Source of the DNA: Lama glama
Lineage: Eukaryota
Reading direction: 5' to 3'
Assembly: GCA_028534125.1 (NCBI GenBank)
Contig: CM052816.1
Span: 55,430,001 to 55,494,000 of the forward strand
DNA: 64,000 nucleotides
How positions within the stretch are numbered: position 1 is the stretch's first letter; the number at the start of each line of letters is the position of its first letter. Shown piece after piece: positions 37,628 to 51,136 of this stretch. Below the pieces are notes generated by a model. It saw only the letters and a program-made list of their open reading frames with translations. It was not told the DNA's origin and ran no database searches. The translations under genes and the position numbers were made by a program.

Positions 37628-38483
37628 GACTTATCTACCTTTCTGGGTGTCAGGCGGCTGTTGGCTGATTTAGGATGGTCCCAACAGAATGATCAGGCAA
37701 CTCAGGTCTACTACACTGTCATCTTCCATCAGGCTAGTTGAGGCATGTTCTCATGATGGTAACAGGGCAAAAGCAGGCCAAGCCAAACAACAAGCATCCT
37801 TAAAGCCTCTGCCTCCATCAGGCTTGTTAATCCCATCTGCCATTAATGAGAAAGCATGGCAAAGGACACTGATACAGGGAGAGATGAATAACTGGAGCCA
37901 TTTTTGGACTCCTCCACAATACCTATATACAAAGCCTCCTGGACTGATCTGGGTCCTGACCTCTTTTCTGAGTTCTAGAAATGTTTGTCCAATAGCCTAG
38001 TAGACAGTCACTTGGGTATCTCCAGGCATTCTAAAAAGCATATTTAAAATTGAACTTTTGATCTTCTCCTTTTAAAACCTGTTCTCATCCAGTGTTCTCT
38101 TTCTTAGTAAATGATGCTGCCATTCACGAAGTTGCTCGAGTCACAAACCTGAAACTGGAGACTTCTTGACACGTCTCTCCTTCATCTCAAATACAATCCA
38201 TCAAGTCCCATCAATTCTACCTCCAAAATATATCTCAAACTTGTCATTTTCTGTCCACCTCCCTTGCCACCCTTCCATTCCAAATTGCTTTCATCTCTCT
38301 AATGGACATCAAAAAATATCCCACTGGACTCTAAATAAAATCTCAAACCCTTAACATAGTCAGAGCCTCACCTCCATCTGCAGCCTCATCCCATGTCACT
38401 CTGCCCCTCCTTCACTAAGATTCCTAGCTTGTATTCATTATCCAGATACAGTAAGTGTTTTCTTACCTCAAGGCCTTGGCCAC

Positions 38484-38872
38484 TGTATTGGCTTCTGAGG
38501 GATGCCATGATAAATTACTACAAGTTCTAGAGGCCAAAAATCCAAAAACAAAGTGTCAGCTGGGCCATGCTCTCTCTGAAAGCTCTAGAGGAAGATCTTT
38601 CCTTTGTCTTTTGTTGGTTGCTGGCAAGCCATAGCTTATAGTCATACCATTCCAATCTCTGACCCCTTTCTGCTGTATCTCCTTTTGTGTCTAAATTTCC
38701 CTCTCTTATAAGGACACTAGTTACTGGATTAGGGCCCACCTTAATCCAATATGACCTCATTTTAATTTGATTATGTTTGCAAAGACCCCATTTCCAAATA
38801 AGGTCACATTCATAGGTACTAGTGTTTAGGACTTGAACCTTTTTTTTGGAGGACACCATTCAACCCATAACA
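38484..38872. mobile_element. MaLR LTR (MLT1B/C-like)
   Basis: 'ttataaggacactagttactggattagggcccaccttaatccaatatgacctcattttaa...ccattcaacccataaca'. Confidence 0.8.
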
Positions 38873-39488
38873 GCCATGCTAATCCCACAGAACACACTGA
38901 GTGATAAGAACAAGGAGTCTGAGGCCCAGACTGCCTCAATGTGAATACCAGTTTTGCTCTTATTAGCTGTGTGTGCTTAGACAAGCCACTTAACCTCTCT
39001 GGGTTTCAGTTTTCATATCTATAAAATCAAGATGGAAATAGAGTCCACGTCACAGAGATAATCTGAAAATTAAATGAGTTAATTTGTACAATGCCCAGAA
39101 TACAGAAAGCATTATATGTATGTTTATTAGATAAAGTGAGTTCTTTATATGCTCATCCTTCAGGTCTCAACTTAAATGCACTTTATCACACAGGCATTTC
39201 CTGATTTCTCCTCACTTCAAGCAAAATTCATAATTATTTATTCATTTGTGTGGAGTTTTTGTTGTTGTTAATGTGATGTCTGTTTTCTCCTATTAGACTA
39301 AGTTCCATGAGAGCAAAGTGTGTCTGTTTTGTTCACCACTCTATTCCTAGCACCAATGAAATGCTTTGAATATGATAACTGTTAGTTAAATATTTGTTGA
39401 ATGAATAAATAATTATGCAGGGCTCAAGCTGGTAATTTCAATTTTCATGGGTTTCTGGGGCCTTTAGTCTCCTTCTGTCTCCTCCCTG

Positions 39489-39527
39489 TCTCTCTCTCTC
39501 TCTCTCTCTCTCTTTTGCTCTCTCTCT
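39489..39527. repeat. (TC)n microsatellite
   Basis: tctctctctctctctctctctctc tttt gctctctctc. Confidence 0.9.
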
Positions 39528-40539
39528 AGGAATCTTGGAAAAAGAATCCTTTCTAAATTCATGACATCCAGAAACTTTTGTTCTCTTTCTCCATGTAGCT
39601 TCACAGAAGAATGGAGATGGCTTACCCAACAGTTTTCTATGAAAATCTGTCCCTCAAAGGGACAGAGAAGAGAAATATGGACCCAAGTACAGGAGTGTAC
39701 AGGGATAGTGAATCAGAAACAATTACAGTGTAAGGGGGCACCACCACATGGCAATTCAATTAAAAAACAGGTTTTTGAATCAGGTATAAATTTGTTATCT
39801 ATCAGTAGGAATTATAATAAGCATGGAAAAGATTGGGGAGGGGGACAAGCATAGCTTATGCCAAAGAAACTGCTGGTGCTCTTGTTACTACATTGCTTGT
39901 ATAAATAGAAGTCTGGCTCTGTCAATAGGGAAGTAGATGAGACCTAGGTTATGCTATTTCTAGCTACAGAAAAAGAAACGGATACTTCATTCGCCAGGTA
40001 ACATAGGGAGCCTGAAAACTCACCCGAAACTTGTTCTCCAGATTGGGGGGCTCCTTTTGCCAGCCGGATCCTAGCATACCTCTCGCCGTTTTACCAATAT
40101 CAGCTGAAAGACTAGTTTTTTGATGTTTATGTGATAGGTATTTCAGGTAGAGTAAGTCATTTAACCTCCCTACAACCCTTTATGTGGTAGCATTACTTAC
40201 CCACAGTGACAATGAGTAGGTGGTACGGCCAGGATATACTTACGATATTTCTAAGGTCTACATTCACTTAGCCAGAAGGGCTTGCCTTGCAGTCTGACAT
40301 GTTTGAAGTCATTATTAAAACCCAGTCCAGCCGCTTCTTGACGCGTGGTCCGCAGAACCCTGCAGCAGAACCACTGTTGGTCTCTGTGAAAAATTCAGAT
40401 TCCCTGGCCCTGCCCAAGACCGAAGCGGGGTGTGGGGTGGGTGACGGGGTAGTGATTCTGTTGCAGGGCACCTGTGGATGCAGGTAATTCATATACATGA
40501 GGACCACACGCACAGGCTATGAGTATCATCGAAAGACAA

Positions 40540-41200
40540 CAGCATACCGCCCTGGCTGACACCAGCGCTCCTGGGAAGTCTCCAACCAGTTCGTTCGCAG
40601 AGCCGCCTCGTACCCCGCAGCAGCAGAACGGAACTGGGCAAGCGCTCCAGAACGCTGGGCGGGGTTCCCTGAGACTCCGCCCTTCCTTCAGGGGGCGGGG
40701 CTCTCCCTAAGTAACTTAATTCCGGCTTCTCCCCGCCGCGGTCCAGAGCCCCGCCCCCGGCTCGCGGACCAATCAAACGGCAGGTTGCTGAAGCTCGGGG
40801 CCAATGCCTGGAGCGGTCCTTATTTCCTCCCTGCAGTTTGAAACTGTCAGGTTGCTGCTAGGGAAGGCGCCGGACTCGCTGTTGTTTCCGTGGCGAAGCG
40901 GCGAGAAGACGCGGAGGGAGGAATCCGCGTTTGCCGAGAGCCGAGGCGGTGGGTAGCGGCGCCCCAGGCGAGCCTGCGTCGAGGCGCTGGAGTGGGGTTA
41001 AAGTGCCTTGGCCTGGATTGCCTCTCCCGGGGATCGTAGAGGCCGGGCTAGGGGCCTTTTCCCGAGACGCGAGCCCTTCTGCTGAGATGCGGGACGGCAG
41101 GGGCGAGAGGTTTTCCCTTCCACGGCGTCGGGAAAGAGAGGGCAGGAGTGAGGGGTGCCTGAGTATAGCGGTGTTGTTGCCATAGGTTCGAGTCATTTAA
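40540..41200 (+). promoter_or_regulatory. POC5: POC5 CpG-island promoter
   Basis: CpG-dense. GC boxes (40691-40700, ~40750), CCAAT at 40769 and 40801, CHR-type TTTGAA at 40837-40842. Confidence 0.85.
40845..40948 (+). other. POC5: POC5 exon 1 (5' UTR, putative)
   Basis: Follows the promoter motifs; candidate donor GCG|GTGGGT at 40948/40949. TSS approximate. Confidence 0.55.
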
Positions 41201-42099
41201 AACGTAGTGGGCGAAATAACCATATCTGACTCCTTATTGTTTTTAAGTGAGAATTTAACACAGGGGTGAGTAAGAGAAAGTGATTAAAGAGAACTTACAG
41301 TCCTTTGCTGGCACGCAGCTGCTCCCCTTCTGCCTGTATTCCCTGACGTGGGGAGGGGCTGGTGCACCCCCTCTCCTTGCCTCCAGCTAGGGCTGGTCAA
41401 GGGCGCAGGGACGTCACCCTCCTGCTAGCTCGCACGTTAATTCACTCTTCCTCTGCCCCTTGGGGGTAAATTTGAATTCCCGGACCCCGCTTTCCCTATC
41501 AGCGAGGTGTAATTTGATTTCTCTGGTACTAGAGGAGCACTCAGAAGTTTTTATCTCGTAGTTTCTGATATCTTGGATTAGAGAATACTGAAAATTTAGT
41601 GATCTGATGTACATCTACCACCCATTAAAGTAAACTTCATTTATCTCCTTTGTTTTTGAACTAGAAACAATCAGAAAAATACTGCTATTGGTAGAATTTC
41701 AGATAAACTGTCATACCTTGGCATCAAAGCAGGGCAGATGGAAAATTGATAGCATATTTTCCAAAAGTACAATAGTTGTTTTGTGTCTGCAGTATCTACA
41801 TTCAGAAAGTCTTTCTGAGGGGTGACCATACTTTTCAGCTCATTTGTTTTTTAAATAATCAGCACACCACCCTCACCACCCCCAACCCCTTACTACCGGC
41901 CCACAAACACATCCTAAAGGAAGAAGTGATTGGAAATAGAAAGGACTATGTTACCACAGTGGTGGATTTGAAGTCGTGAAGCAGCCATTCCTAGCTGCAG
42001 GCGTATGTGCGTATTTTATCCTCCCTAATTGGCTTAACTAAAGTCAGTCATGCTGAGATTTAGTTTACTTATCATGTCTCCACACGGTAACATTCACCG

Positions 42100-43710
42100 A
42101 ATAAACTTGAAATTTCTTTTCCACAATGGAGCCCCAACCTGTGTTTCCATTCTAATATTTCCCTTTTCCCTCGATCTGCGCTTGCTTCAATTTCCTCATC
42201 TCATTTTTCAGCCCACTGTGATTGGAATTTATTCCACTTTACACTAAAATTCTTCAGGCACATGCCCTAGCAGCTTTTTGGTTGCCAAATTCAAGGGCCT
42301 CTGTGAGATTCTCATCTTTCTTTGGCATCTGACTCTGACCACTCCCCCCTGGAAGCTTTTGTGATGCTGTTCCTGTTGTTCTGCTGTTCTCACTTCCTTT
42401 TCACTCTGCTGGCTCCTCTTCACTTCCCCTTTAAATATTAGCAGTTCTGATTTTAACCCTGTTCTTGTTACAGTAGTGGTGCTTAATTTTATTAGGGTTA
42501 TGGTACCCTGTGGACACATATTGGAAGCTGACAATCCTCTTCCTAGAAAAATATACATTTGCTAAAAATATTGGCTACAGTTTGGGTGTAAGGACCTCAG
42601 AATAAGAACTCTTTCTGCTGCTCCTTTTCATAGATGATCTTATCCTCTGCCTTTTTTCAGCAGTTCCCATTATGCTGAGGATTCCTCAAAATGAATCTCC
42701 AACCTAAACCTCCAATGCACCGCACATTGCTTAGCTCCAGGAAGCACTGTTCACGTTGTAGCCATTGTGAATGATAGTTCTTGGAGTTGTGCATTGCATA
42801 ACTGGTGTGGCCAGATACTGCATACCTGCAGCTTCACTTCAGTGCCCCCAGAGGCACCTCACACCTAACAAGTCTGATATTGAGCCTAATTACCCTTCCT
42901 CCCAACCTACTCATCTTCCTGTTTTCCTTGCCTTGGAGAGCAGCAGTCCCATCCGTCTAATGGCAAGCCAGAAATCTGTAAGCAATCAATAGTTCCACCC
43001 TTTAACCCCTTAACCAATTATTGATCCTGAACTTCCACTGCCAAAATGCAACTGTCTCATAGTCACACCTCCATCCACTTTCCACTGCTGCCTCCTGGAT
43101 TACTGCCAGAGGGAACATTTCTCTCTTGACTCTTAATCACTCTCTTCTTCAGTATCTCACCTCTCCAATCCATCCTGAAAGCTGCCAGAGTGATCTTTCT
43201 AAAGGACAAGCCTGATCATGTTCCCACTCATTTAAGACATTTAAGTAACTTCTCTTAGAAGAAAGACTAAACTTTTTAACATGACACAACTGGCTGCCCT
43301 TACCTTGCCTGTTTCATCCTTAGCCCAGCCTTGCTTTGTACCCTTTGCTTCAGCCTCACAAACTACTTGCAGTTCCTGGGGTACGTGTCCACGCCTCCGT
43401 GTCTTTGCTTATGCTGCTCTGCTGCCTCACATAGCCTGAAATGTTTTATCTGTCTTTCAGGTCTCAACACGCCGGCCATCTATCCCCACTTCCTCACGCC
43501 CTCACCATTCCACCCCATGAAAAAGGCTACTCCTGTCTCCCTGTTTTATGGCCTTGTTTTAGGATCTAACTGCACTTTTTTCATCAGTCATCTTATGTAC
43601 ATGTCTGGCCCTCTCTAAAGATTGCAAAATCCTTGAAGACAAAGACTTCTTCATCTTAACATTTCTCACCAATGTCTTCTGTGTAACAAGCATTCAGATA
43701 GTTTGAGTAA
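42100..43710 (+). mobile_element. Decayed LINE-2 fragments (POC5 intron 1)
   Basis: Pyrimidine-rich L2 motifs such as 'ttgccaaattcaaggg' and 'gctgccagagtgatctttctaaag'. Confidence 0.55.
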
Positions 43711-44306
43711 TCACTATTTATCTTTTAAATAAGTTATGTACTTGTTATTAAAAGTACTTTTATTATTATTTATTTTTGTGGTTAAATCCTTAAACAATTT
43801 TTCTGTGTATGGTATTAGAATTTATTTTGTGGAAGCTTGCTTTTCTTAAAATACTATTCCCAGAAGGTCCGTTCCCCAAGCAGAGAATTTGCGTACCTTG
43901 TTCATTCTCTCTTGATTCAGGATCGCATAAGAAAGGACACAGCACCCAGCTTATCACATAAAATTGAACAGTGATCACACTCTCTTTTTCTCAACAGCCC
44001 CCACTGTGACTTTTTACAAGGATCTTCTGTTTTTCTTTAACCTTTCGTGTATTTGTCTCATCTCCTTGACTGCATCATAGACTCATTAATGTTGGGAACT
44101 GAGTCTTGAACTGTTTTTTCTTGCCCATTGAGTCTATCTATGGGTGTTCAGTATATGGAGTGATTTTAACATATTGAATGATCGTTGTTTCCAGGTTAGG
44201 ATGTTATTACACACACGTATATATTTAAAAAACATTTTGTTTTAGTTTAAATATTGAGGGAAGCAAACTAAAGTTAGCCTCTACTGTTTTATAGCATCTG
44301 TACAGA

Positions 44307-44387
44307 ATGTCATCAGATGGGAAATGCTCACCTCCAGTTTTGCAAAATGGCTCCGACCGAGGCAGCTCTGTCTCTTCAGATCTTCAG
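44307..44387 (+). CDS. POC5: POC5 exon 2, coding part (start codon)
   Basis: MSSDGKCSPPVLQNGSDRGSSVSSDLQ, matching the human POC5 N-terminus as recalled. Acceptor atag at 44294; donor CAG|GTAGGA. Confidence 0.95.
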
Positions 44388-45382
44388 GTAGGAAGACACA
44401 GCGAAATTTGTCATGACTTATTTATTTCAACCAAGTGATAACACAAGGAAAAACTAGGAATGCGTTTTTCATTCATTCATACTATTTACATTTATGATTA
44501 TACTGTGTATATAATGTGTATCAAATTATAATAATATCAAACTTTGGGAATGATTTTACAAATTCTGGGAAATACCTTGCATTGTTTTCATTAACCTTTC
44601 AGAAAATAATCATGAACTCTTCCCATCATTCTTTGTACAAAGGCTTCAAACCATTCAATGATAGAAGAAGCTGAAAATCTCAAGAGACATTTTTTTCTTG
44701 CAATTTTCCCATTGTAGCTCTCTCTTATGAATGATCTTTTCACTTTAATGCAAATTAATAGAGTATCATGGCATCCAGAGTTCTGGGCCCCTGGACTCCC
44801 CAGTGTTCCACTCTCGGTTCCAGTCCCTGTTGCCACAGCATTCAGCACCCGCTGCTGCCCGGGACCCGGACGGTGACAGGTGCATTGACTAAGGAAGGTG
44901 TGGCTTTTATATGAAATGTTTTAAATGTCTTTAATTCTAAATTTTTTATTATCAAAAATATGGTTCAGATTTCTGGAGAAGATTTTTAGTGAGAGAATAC
45001 TGACATGGTCTGTCTTGGGTTTTAGGGTTAGATCACTTAAGAGGGGGAATGCTGGATGGCGTGTTTATGCCTAAGTAGAGCGAGTTGTTATTGGCCCTGT
45101 GTAATATGACAGAAGCTTTAGGAAAAGATTTTATAAAACAAATAAGTTCCTTTAATGGAAGTTACAGATTGAGGAATTGGGAGGCTTTTGGCAAAGTATG
45201 TGTGAATATTTACTAGGATCAAAGTGGCCCGGGCTGTGACACATGCTTCATCCTTGCCTTCCCTTTAAATGGTACCTCTTCCACTTCGTGCTGTCTTTTT
45301 AGGCCACAGCACTTTTCCGCACCCTTCATCTTTACCATATCCAGACTTTCTTCAAGAGAGAATGGATTAACTTACTTATACC

Positions 45383-46155
45383 TGTGATACTGTGATTTGC
45401 AATAAGAAACATATATTTGGTCTTCATCCCATTTCTGGCACAGAGCTCATAAAACTATTGGAATTTCCTAACTGGTGAGAATGATGAAAGTGTCTTTTGT
45501 TATGGTGATGAGGTGACTTTTGGACCACACCTAAGGGTGGGGACTGGTTGCCAGGAGAGCCAACCACGTGATAATGGAACGTTCATTCACACTCCACTGA
45601 CTTCCGGGAAGGGGAGAGGGTCTGGAGGTTGAATCAGTCACCGGTGGTCATTGGTTGAATCAGCCTTGGCTGTGTAATGAAGCCTCCGTAAAAACCCAAA
45701 GGGAGAGGGTTCAGAGAGCGTCCGGGTTGGTGATCACGCGGAGGTGCTGGGTGACTGGCCTGCTAGGAGAGAGCATGTTAACTCTGTGCCCCTTCCCCTA
45801 TGTATCTCCTCTATCTGGCTGTTCCTGGGTTATATCCTTTTGTAATAAACCGGTCATCTAGTAAGTAAAATGTTTCTCTGCGTTCTGTAACCATCTAGCA
45901 AACCAATCAAACTCAAGGAGGGGGTCTTTGGAAACTCCAGTCCATAGCTGGTTGGTCGGAAGCACCACCTGGACTTGGGAATGGCATCTGAAGTTGGGGG
46001 TAGGGGGACAGTCTTGTGGGACTGATTCCTTAACCTGTGGAATCCGATGCTGTCTGTGGTGGATGGTGTTAGAATTGGGTTGAATTGTAGGACCCCCAAC
46101 TGGTGTCTGAGAATTGTTTGGTGGTGGGGGGGAAAAACCTACACATTGTAATTGT
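45383..46155 (+). mobile_element. MER21-like LTR
   Basis: 'tgtgatactgtgatttgcaataagaaacatatatttggtcttc...ctggcacagagctc' start and 'atcctttgtaataaac'. Confidence 0.75.
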
Positions 46156-47281
46156 TGGGTCCAGAACTCTTTAATACTAAAATGTAAACATCTTATAAGA
46201 TCCCAAGTTCTCATTTTTTCAAGAAACAAAGCTTTACATCAAAAGGATAAATCTCTAAAGTAGAATTTTAAGAGAGAGACGGATGATAGTTTTCTAGACA
46301 TGCCAGAAATAATTTTGTGTTACTAGTTGGCCTGCTTAGAATGTTTCCCCAGCTGAGATTCTGTTTTTAGTAATCCTCAACTTAAGACCTTACTTGTTCT
46401 TGACTACAGTTGAAAACCTGCCCATATTCCATTACGGGAAATGTTTCCAAATATAATACCAAAAAATAAAATAACATAAAATAAGTATATACCTTTACAT
46501 ATAGTAAATATATAAACCAAATAATTAATACAAAAGCCCGTCATAAATCACTGTGCCCCTTAAGGGCATTTTAATTACTGTCTTGGTTTTGGGAATGCTT
46601 CATAAAACTGTCAATAATAAATGCTGAAGGATGGGCAACATGCATAGTGCTCATTCACTGACAACTTCCTCTAGGCACAACTCCAATATACCAGCCAGTT
46701 GCCCTGACTTCACCTGGTGTGCATGGGTTCAGCTATATTTTATGGTCATATCATTGGTGCAGGGGTGGGGAGGAGGGCAGGGGGAGGCAAAATTACAAGT
46801 TTTGATTGTTACTCTAGGATTCTTGTTTACCTTAAGGCAGGTTTTCTTTGACTGTTAAGAAAGACGATAATATTTATTTTGATCCTTAACTAAAAAATGA
46901 CTCACCTGTATCTACATATATGAAACTAAAGTCATTGTTTAAATAACTAATTTTAAATTTTTTTCCTGAAAATAAGTTAAAATATATATGTACATTAAAC
47001 ACTGTTAATGTATACCTATTTACATCCCCTATCACTCATACTGATTGTTGTGGAAACTTGGAAATAAATGTTTGAATCTTTCTCCTTTTCATAGGTCAAA
47101 CTAGGGAGGCCACAGGTTAGAGTTGTTTCCCCTTCACTTCCATTCCAAGAGGCACACTTTACTCCTGTGTGAATAAACTAGCTGAGCAGAGCTGATTTGG
47201 CAAAATGTAGCTGTAATTGCCTCCAGAGGAAGGAGATGCTAAAAAGTTATTGACATCAAAATGTAAATAGAATACAGTTAC

Positions 47282-47692
47282 TGTGTTAATCTTCTCCTCC
47301 TGTCATAACAAAATGCCATAGACAGAGTGGTTTAAATAACAGAAACTTACCTTCTCCCAGTTCTGAGTTCTAGGAGTACCAGCTCAAGATCTGGCAGGGT
47401 TAATTTCTGATGAGGTCTCTCTTCCTGGCTTGCAGATGGCCACCTTGTTGTGCCTTTCCTCAGTACACTGGTGCAGGGGGAGACAGAGCTCTTTGTTTTC
47501 TCTTCTTAAACGGACACTAATCCTTTCAGATCAGCACCCCACCCTTATGGCTTCATTGAACCTTAATTATGTAATTACTTTCTTAAAGGCACCCTCTGTA
47601 AATACAGTCATACTTTGGGGTGGGATGGGTAGGGGTGGGGTTAGGGCTTCATCGTGTGAATTTGGGGGAAACAAACGTTCAGTCTGTGACAG
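47282..47692. mobile_element. MaLR LTR (MLT1A-like)
   Basis: 'cataacaaaatgccatagacagagtggtttaaataacagaaactta...cttcctggcttgcagatggcc'. Confidence 0.75.
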
Positions 47693-48667
47693 CCATACTT
47701 TTATACCTTCTTTGCCAAAATCGGAAGTTTGCTTTGGCTGTTTGCCAAGTGTAATAGGATGTTGTTTTTGGCTGCTTTAACAGGAACCAAGCAAGAATGG
47801 TTTACGCGAGTGGCTTAAAGTTTGATTCTCTCTCTTGTAAAAATCTGAGCTTGTCCATAGTCCTGTGGTCATCTGAGGACCCAGTCTTTTCTCTCCTGTT
47901 GCTCTGCCCTGCCCTAGGGTGTTGACTGCATTTGCATCATCAGATACTGGCTCCCCACAACCTCTGGCGCCTGGGAAGAGCTGAACAGGGGGCAGGCAGC
48001 TTCGTTTTTAAAAACTTGCTCTGAAGTCGTGCACATCATTTCTATTTTAATCCCATAGACCAGGTCTCTTGGCCAAACCTGCTTGCAAGGGAGGCTGAGA
48101 AATGTCACCGGGTGGCCATTGGCCCAGGTCAGACACTGCAATTTTATTAACTTAAAGAAATAAAGGGGGAATGGATGCTTCTGGACTGTTAGCCTCTCTA
48201 CGATAGGAAGTTATTGTACTTGAAATTTTATATAATTTGATAATTAGTTCATTAGGACTGACTCATGCACTCAAGGTTATAGAGAGTTTCCTTTTATTGT
48301 AATAACTGAAAGCTAATATGGTTCAGGAAGTGTGAACGTAGGCTATTTAAATCTATTTAAAGACTTGCAGTTATTTTTGTTAACATAGAAATTAAACGTT
48401 GTATCTCTGATATTCCAAATGACTTTTTTTTCTAATAAGAGCCTTCTGCCTTGGTGATAACTATTAAGTGAAATACTGACTTTATTTTCTATCAGGGAGT
48501 GTCAGTTTAAAACTCAGACATGTGTTTATTGCCATGAAGAGGACATCACTGACAAAGGAGTTGCATTTGACATTGAGGGATAATAGAAGGCTGGGGTAGT
48601 TTTATAAGCCTAAGTATCTAATTTACTTCTCTATTTTGTTAGGATTACATAATATCAAAAAAGTTCT

Positions 48668-48765
48668 GGGACGTGGAGTTATAACTCAGTGGAAGAGTGC
48701 ATGCTTAGCATGCATGAGGTCCTGGATTCAATCCCCAGTGCCTCCATTAAAAAAGAAGAAGAAAA
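48668..48765 (+). mobile_element. Vic-1-like SINE
   Basis: 'ataactcagtggaagagtgcatgcttagcatgcatgaggtcctggattcaatccccagtgcctcc' plus an A tail. Confidence 0.88.
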
Positions 48766-50994
48766 TTCTGATTCTCAACTTAGGTAGTTGAAAATGGTAG
48801 CGCTTTTTTTTTTAATTGAGTTATAGTCAGTTTACAATGTTGTGTCAATTTCCAGTGTAGAGCACAATTTTTCAGTTATACATGAACATACATATATTCA
48901 TTGTCCCATACTTTTTCACCGTGAGCTACCTTTTTAATAGCACATCTCATCTTCAGTTAAACTGATATGAAGCATAAAAAAGAATTGATGAGAAATTTTT
49001 GCTTCAGTGGTGAATCACCAACTAAATCTATCACTTCTTCAAACTTTTTATCATTAATGCAAAAATCACACAAGCAGCACTCAGAAGACTCACACTTAGA
49101 GTAAGTGCTAATGATATGCGTGTGACGTGGTCAGAAGTCATTTGCTACCGCACAGCTCATCACTCTCATGTTGTAAGGAGGGACTGATCCCATCAGATGT
49201 GCAGATGTGCTTGAGTTTGGTTGGTAATTGACGTGGCCCACATGGGTCATAGTTGTGTGCTCACTTACACAGTTTACTTGAGGAGGTGTGTACAAGTGTG
49301 AATTTAAAACAAAAAATAAACTTGGGCAGAGCTGCCACCTTTCTAACTTGTGACACATTTATAGGAATTTGACCTCAAAGGCAGAAGCAGCTTTATTCCA
49401 ACCAACAAATGTAAGAATTTATAGTTTCTGTCCTGTTAAAATTTAGTATATAGGGGACCTTTGAGCGTGAATGCTCCTTGTATAGTTTTTTTAAGAGATA
49501 AAGAGCTTAAAAATGAAATTTGACTAAAATACTGTGGATTCCCTGAAATACCTTCTTAGAAACTAGTTTGAAATACATTGATATCGACTACTTACACAGT
49601 CTGCAAGGTAGTTCTGACTTCAGAACTTGGACTGCAGTTACATCTATCCTTTTGGGAAACACCAAGACACTTATTTCAGGTAACTATGGCATATTCATGG
49701 CCAGAAACTTGGGTGTGTTTAGATGGTTAAATATTCTTACTCATAGACAACCATAGGGAAAAAGTAAGGGTTGCTAAAAACACCTATACCATATCATAAT
49801 GGTCTTATTAAAGATAAGTTTCTTTCTTTGATTTAGACAGAATCTTTGTTAATTCAGTTCAGCAGATATTTACTGTGACACTCAGGGAAGTAATTTTGAG
49901 CATCAGTTATCTTCAACCTGAAGATGAATCAAATAAGACAGTGATAACTAATGAAATGGTGACAGTGGGATTTTCTATATCTGAACTAAACTTTTTATGA
50001 AGAAAAATTAATATTAAAAATCCTTTAGAGTAATGGCATTTCATATTCTTGACAGTCTTCTCCCAATTTTTTATGCAAAGACATTTTCTGGGTCCATGCC
50101 ATAAGACTTTTAGAAATTACTCCTTTTTAATAGAAATGTTTGTTGCATCAGTGACCGACACTTTTTGAACAGAGACTAGGTCCTAGTATACTTTTACTTC
50201 ACTGATAGTATTTTTTTTTTGATTTGGCAAAACAAATATCTAAGCATCTATATTAGGAAATTCAGTTTTTTAAATTTTATTCCTGTAAGATCTACACTTT
50301 GTGACTTGCCTTTTTAAAATCCTCCTTTCTCACGTGTATGATGTTGCCAGCAGGTAGAACTGAAGAGGTTGGCATTCGTGTTCTCTGTTTACCTTCAGTA
50401 TTGTTTGTCTCCTGATATTTCTTTTACACTCTTTCCACACTTATGTAGGAAAGAGACTCAGGGTTGCTGTAGAACTGGGCAAGGGTAGGGTAGGTCGGAG
50501 CCAAAACTACTTTTCATCCCTGGACCTTCCTGTTGTGGCAACTTCAGGAGCAGCATCTCCGAACTAAATTTCAGAAAAGCAGAGAAGCGGCTGTGTCTTT
50601 TTCCACCTGCAAGCAGCTGCCAGTTGAAAGAGGGCTCTTCTGTGTTGTAGATGATGACTGGCTTCAGGGGAACTGCCCTGAGTAATCTTTGTGCCACCGT
50701 TCTAATGCCGAGGGAATCTGGGTACTAAGGCACTGTAACTCGAAGCAATTTGGCTGGGTATATTTGTTGGATTTTTTGGTTTGCTTTTAAGAAATTTTAC
50801 TTACTATGATAGAGTAGATAAATGATGATGGATGAATGGAAAACATAAATCAAAAGTACACATCCCTGACTACTGATTGGGAGTACCGTTTTGGGAGCTG
50901 AAGCAGAGAACATCTTGGTGTCTTTACCACTCTTTTGCCTGAGTTTCCACTGTGACGGGGCTCTAATGTATCATTTACTGTTGTCTTCTCATAG

Positions 50995-51136
50995 GAAGAG
51001 TATGAAGAACTGCTTCGTTATGCTGTAGTGACTCCAAATATTGACTCAGGTGCTTCACAGCCGCCTCATTCCAAGGGAGAAGTGGTGCCAGAGACTAGAA
51101 TTCCTACTATAATGGATGATATTCTTCAGAATCAAG
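50995..51136 (+). CDS. POC5: POC5 exon 3
   Basis: [47 protein letters not shown]; ag|GAA ... AAG|gttgtg; ends in phase 1. Confidence 0.95.

Noticed and set aside
40489..41196. Several 60-110 aa ORFs over the POC5 CpG island (also at 17940-18354)
   Set aside because: GC-rich, stop-poor sequence with no recognisable protein similarity.
48668..48750. tRNA-Ala(AGC)-like sequences (also at 10279, 11760, 56574 and 63957)
   Set aside because: Diverged stems, A-rich tails and multiple copies show these are SINEs, not tRNA genes.
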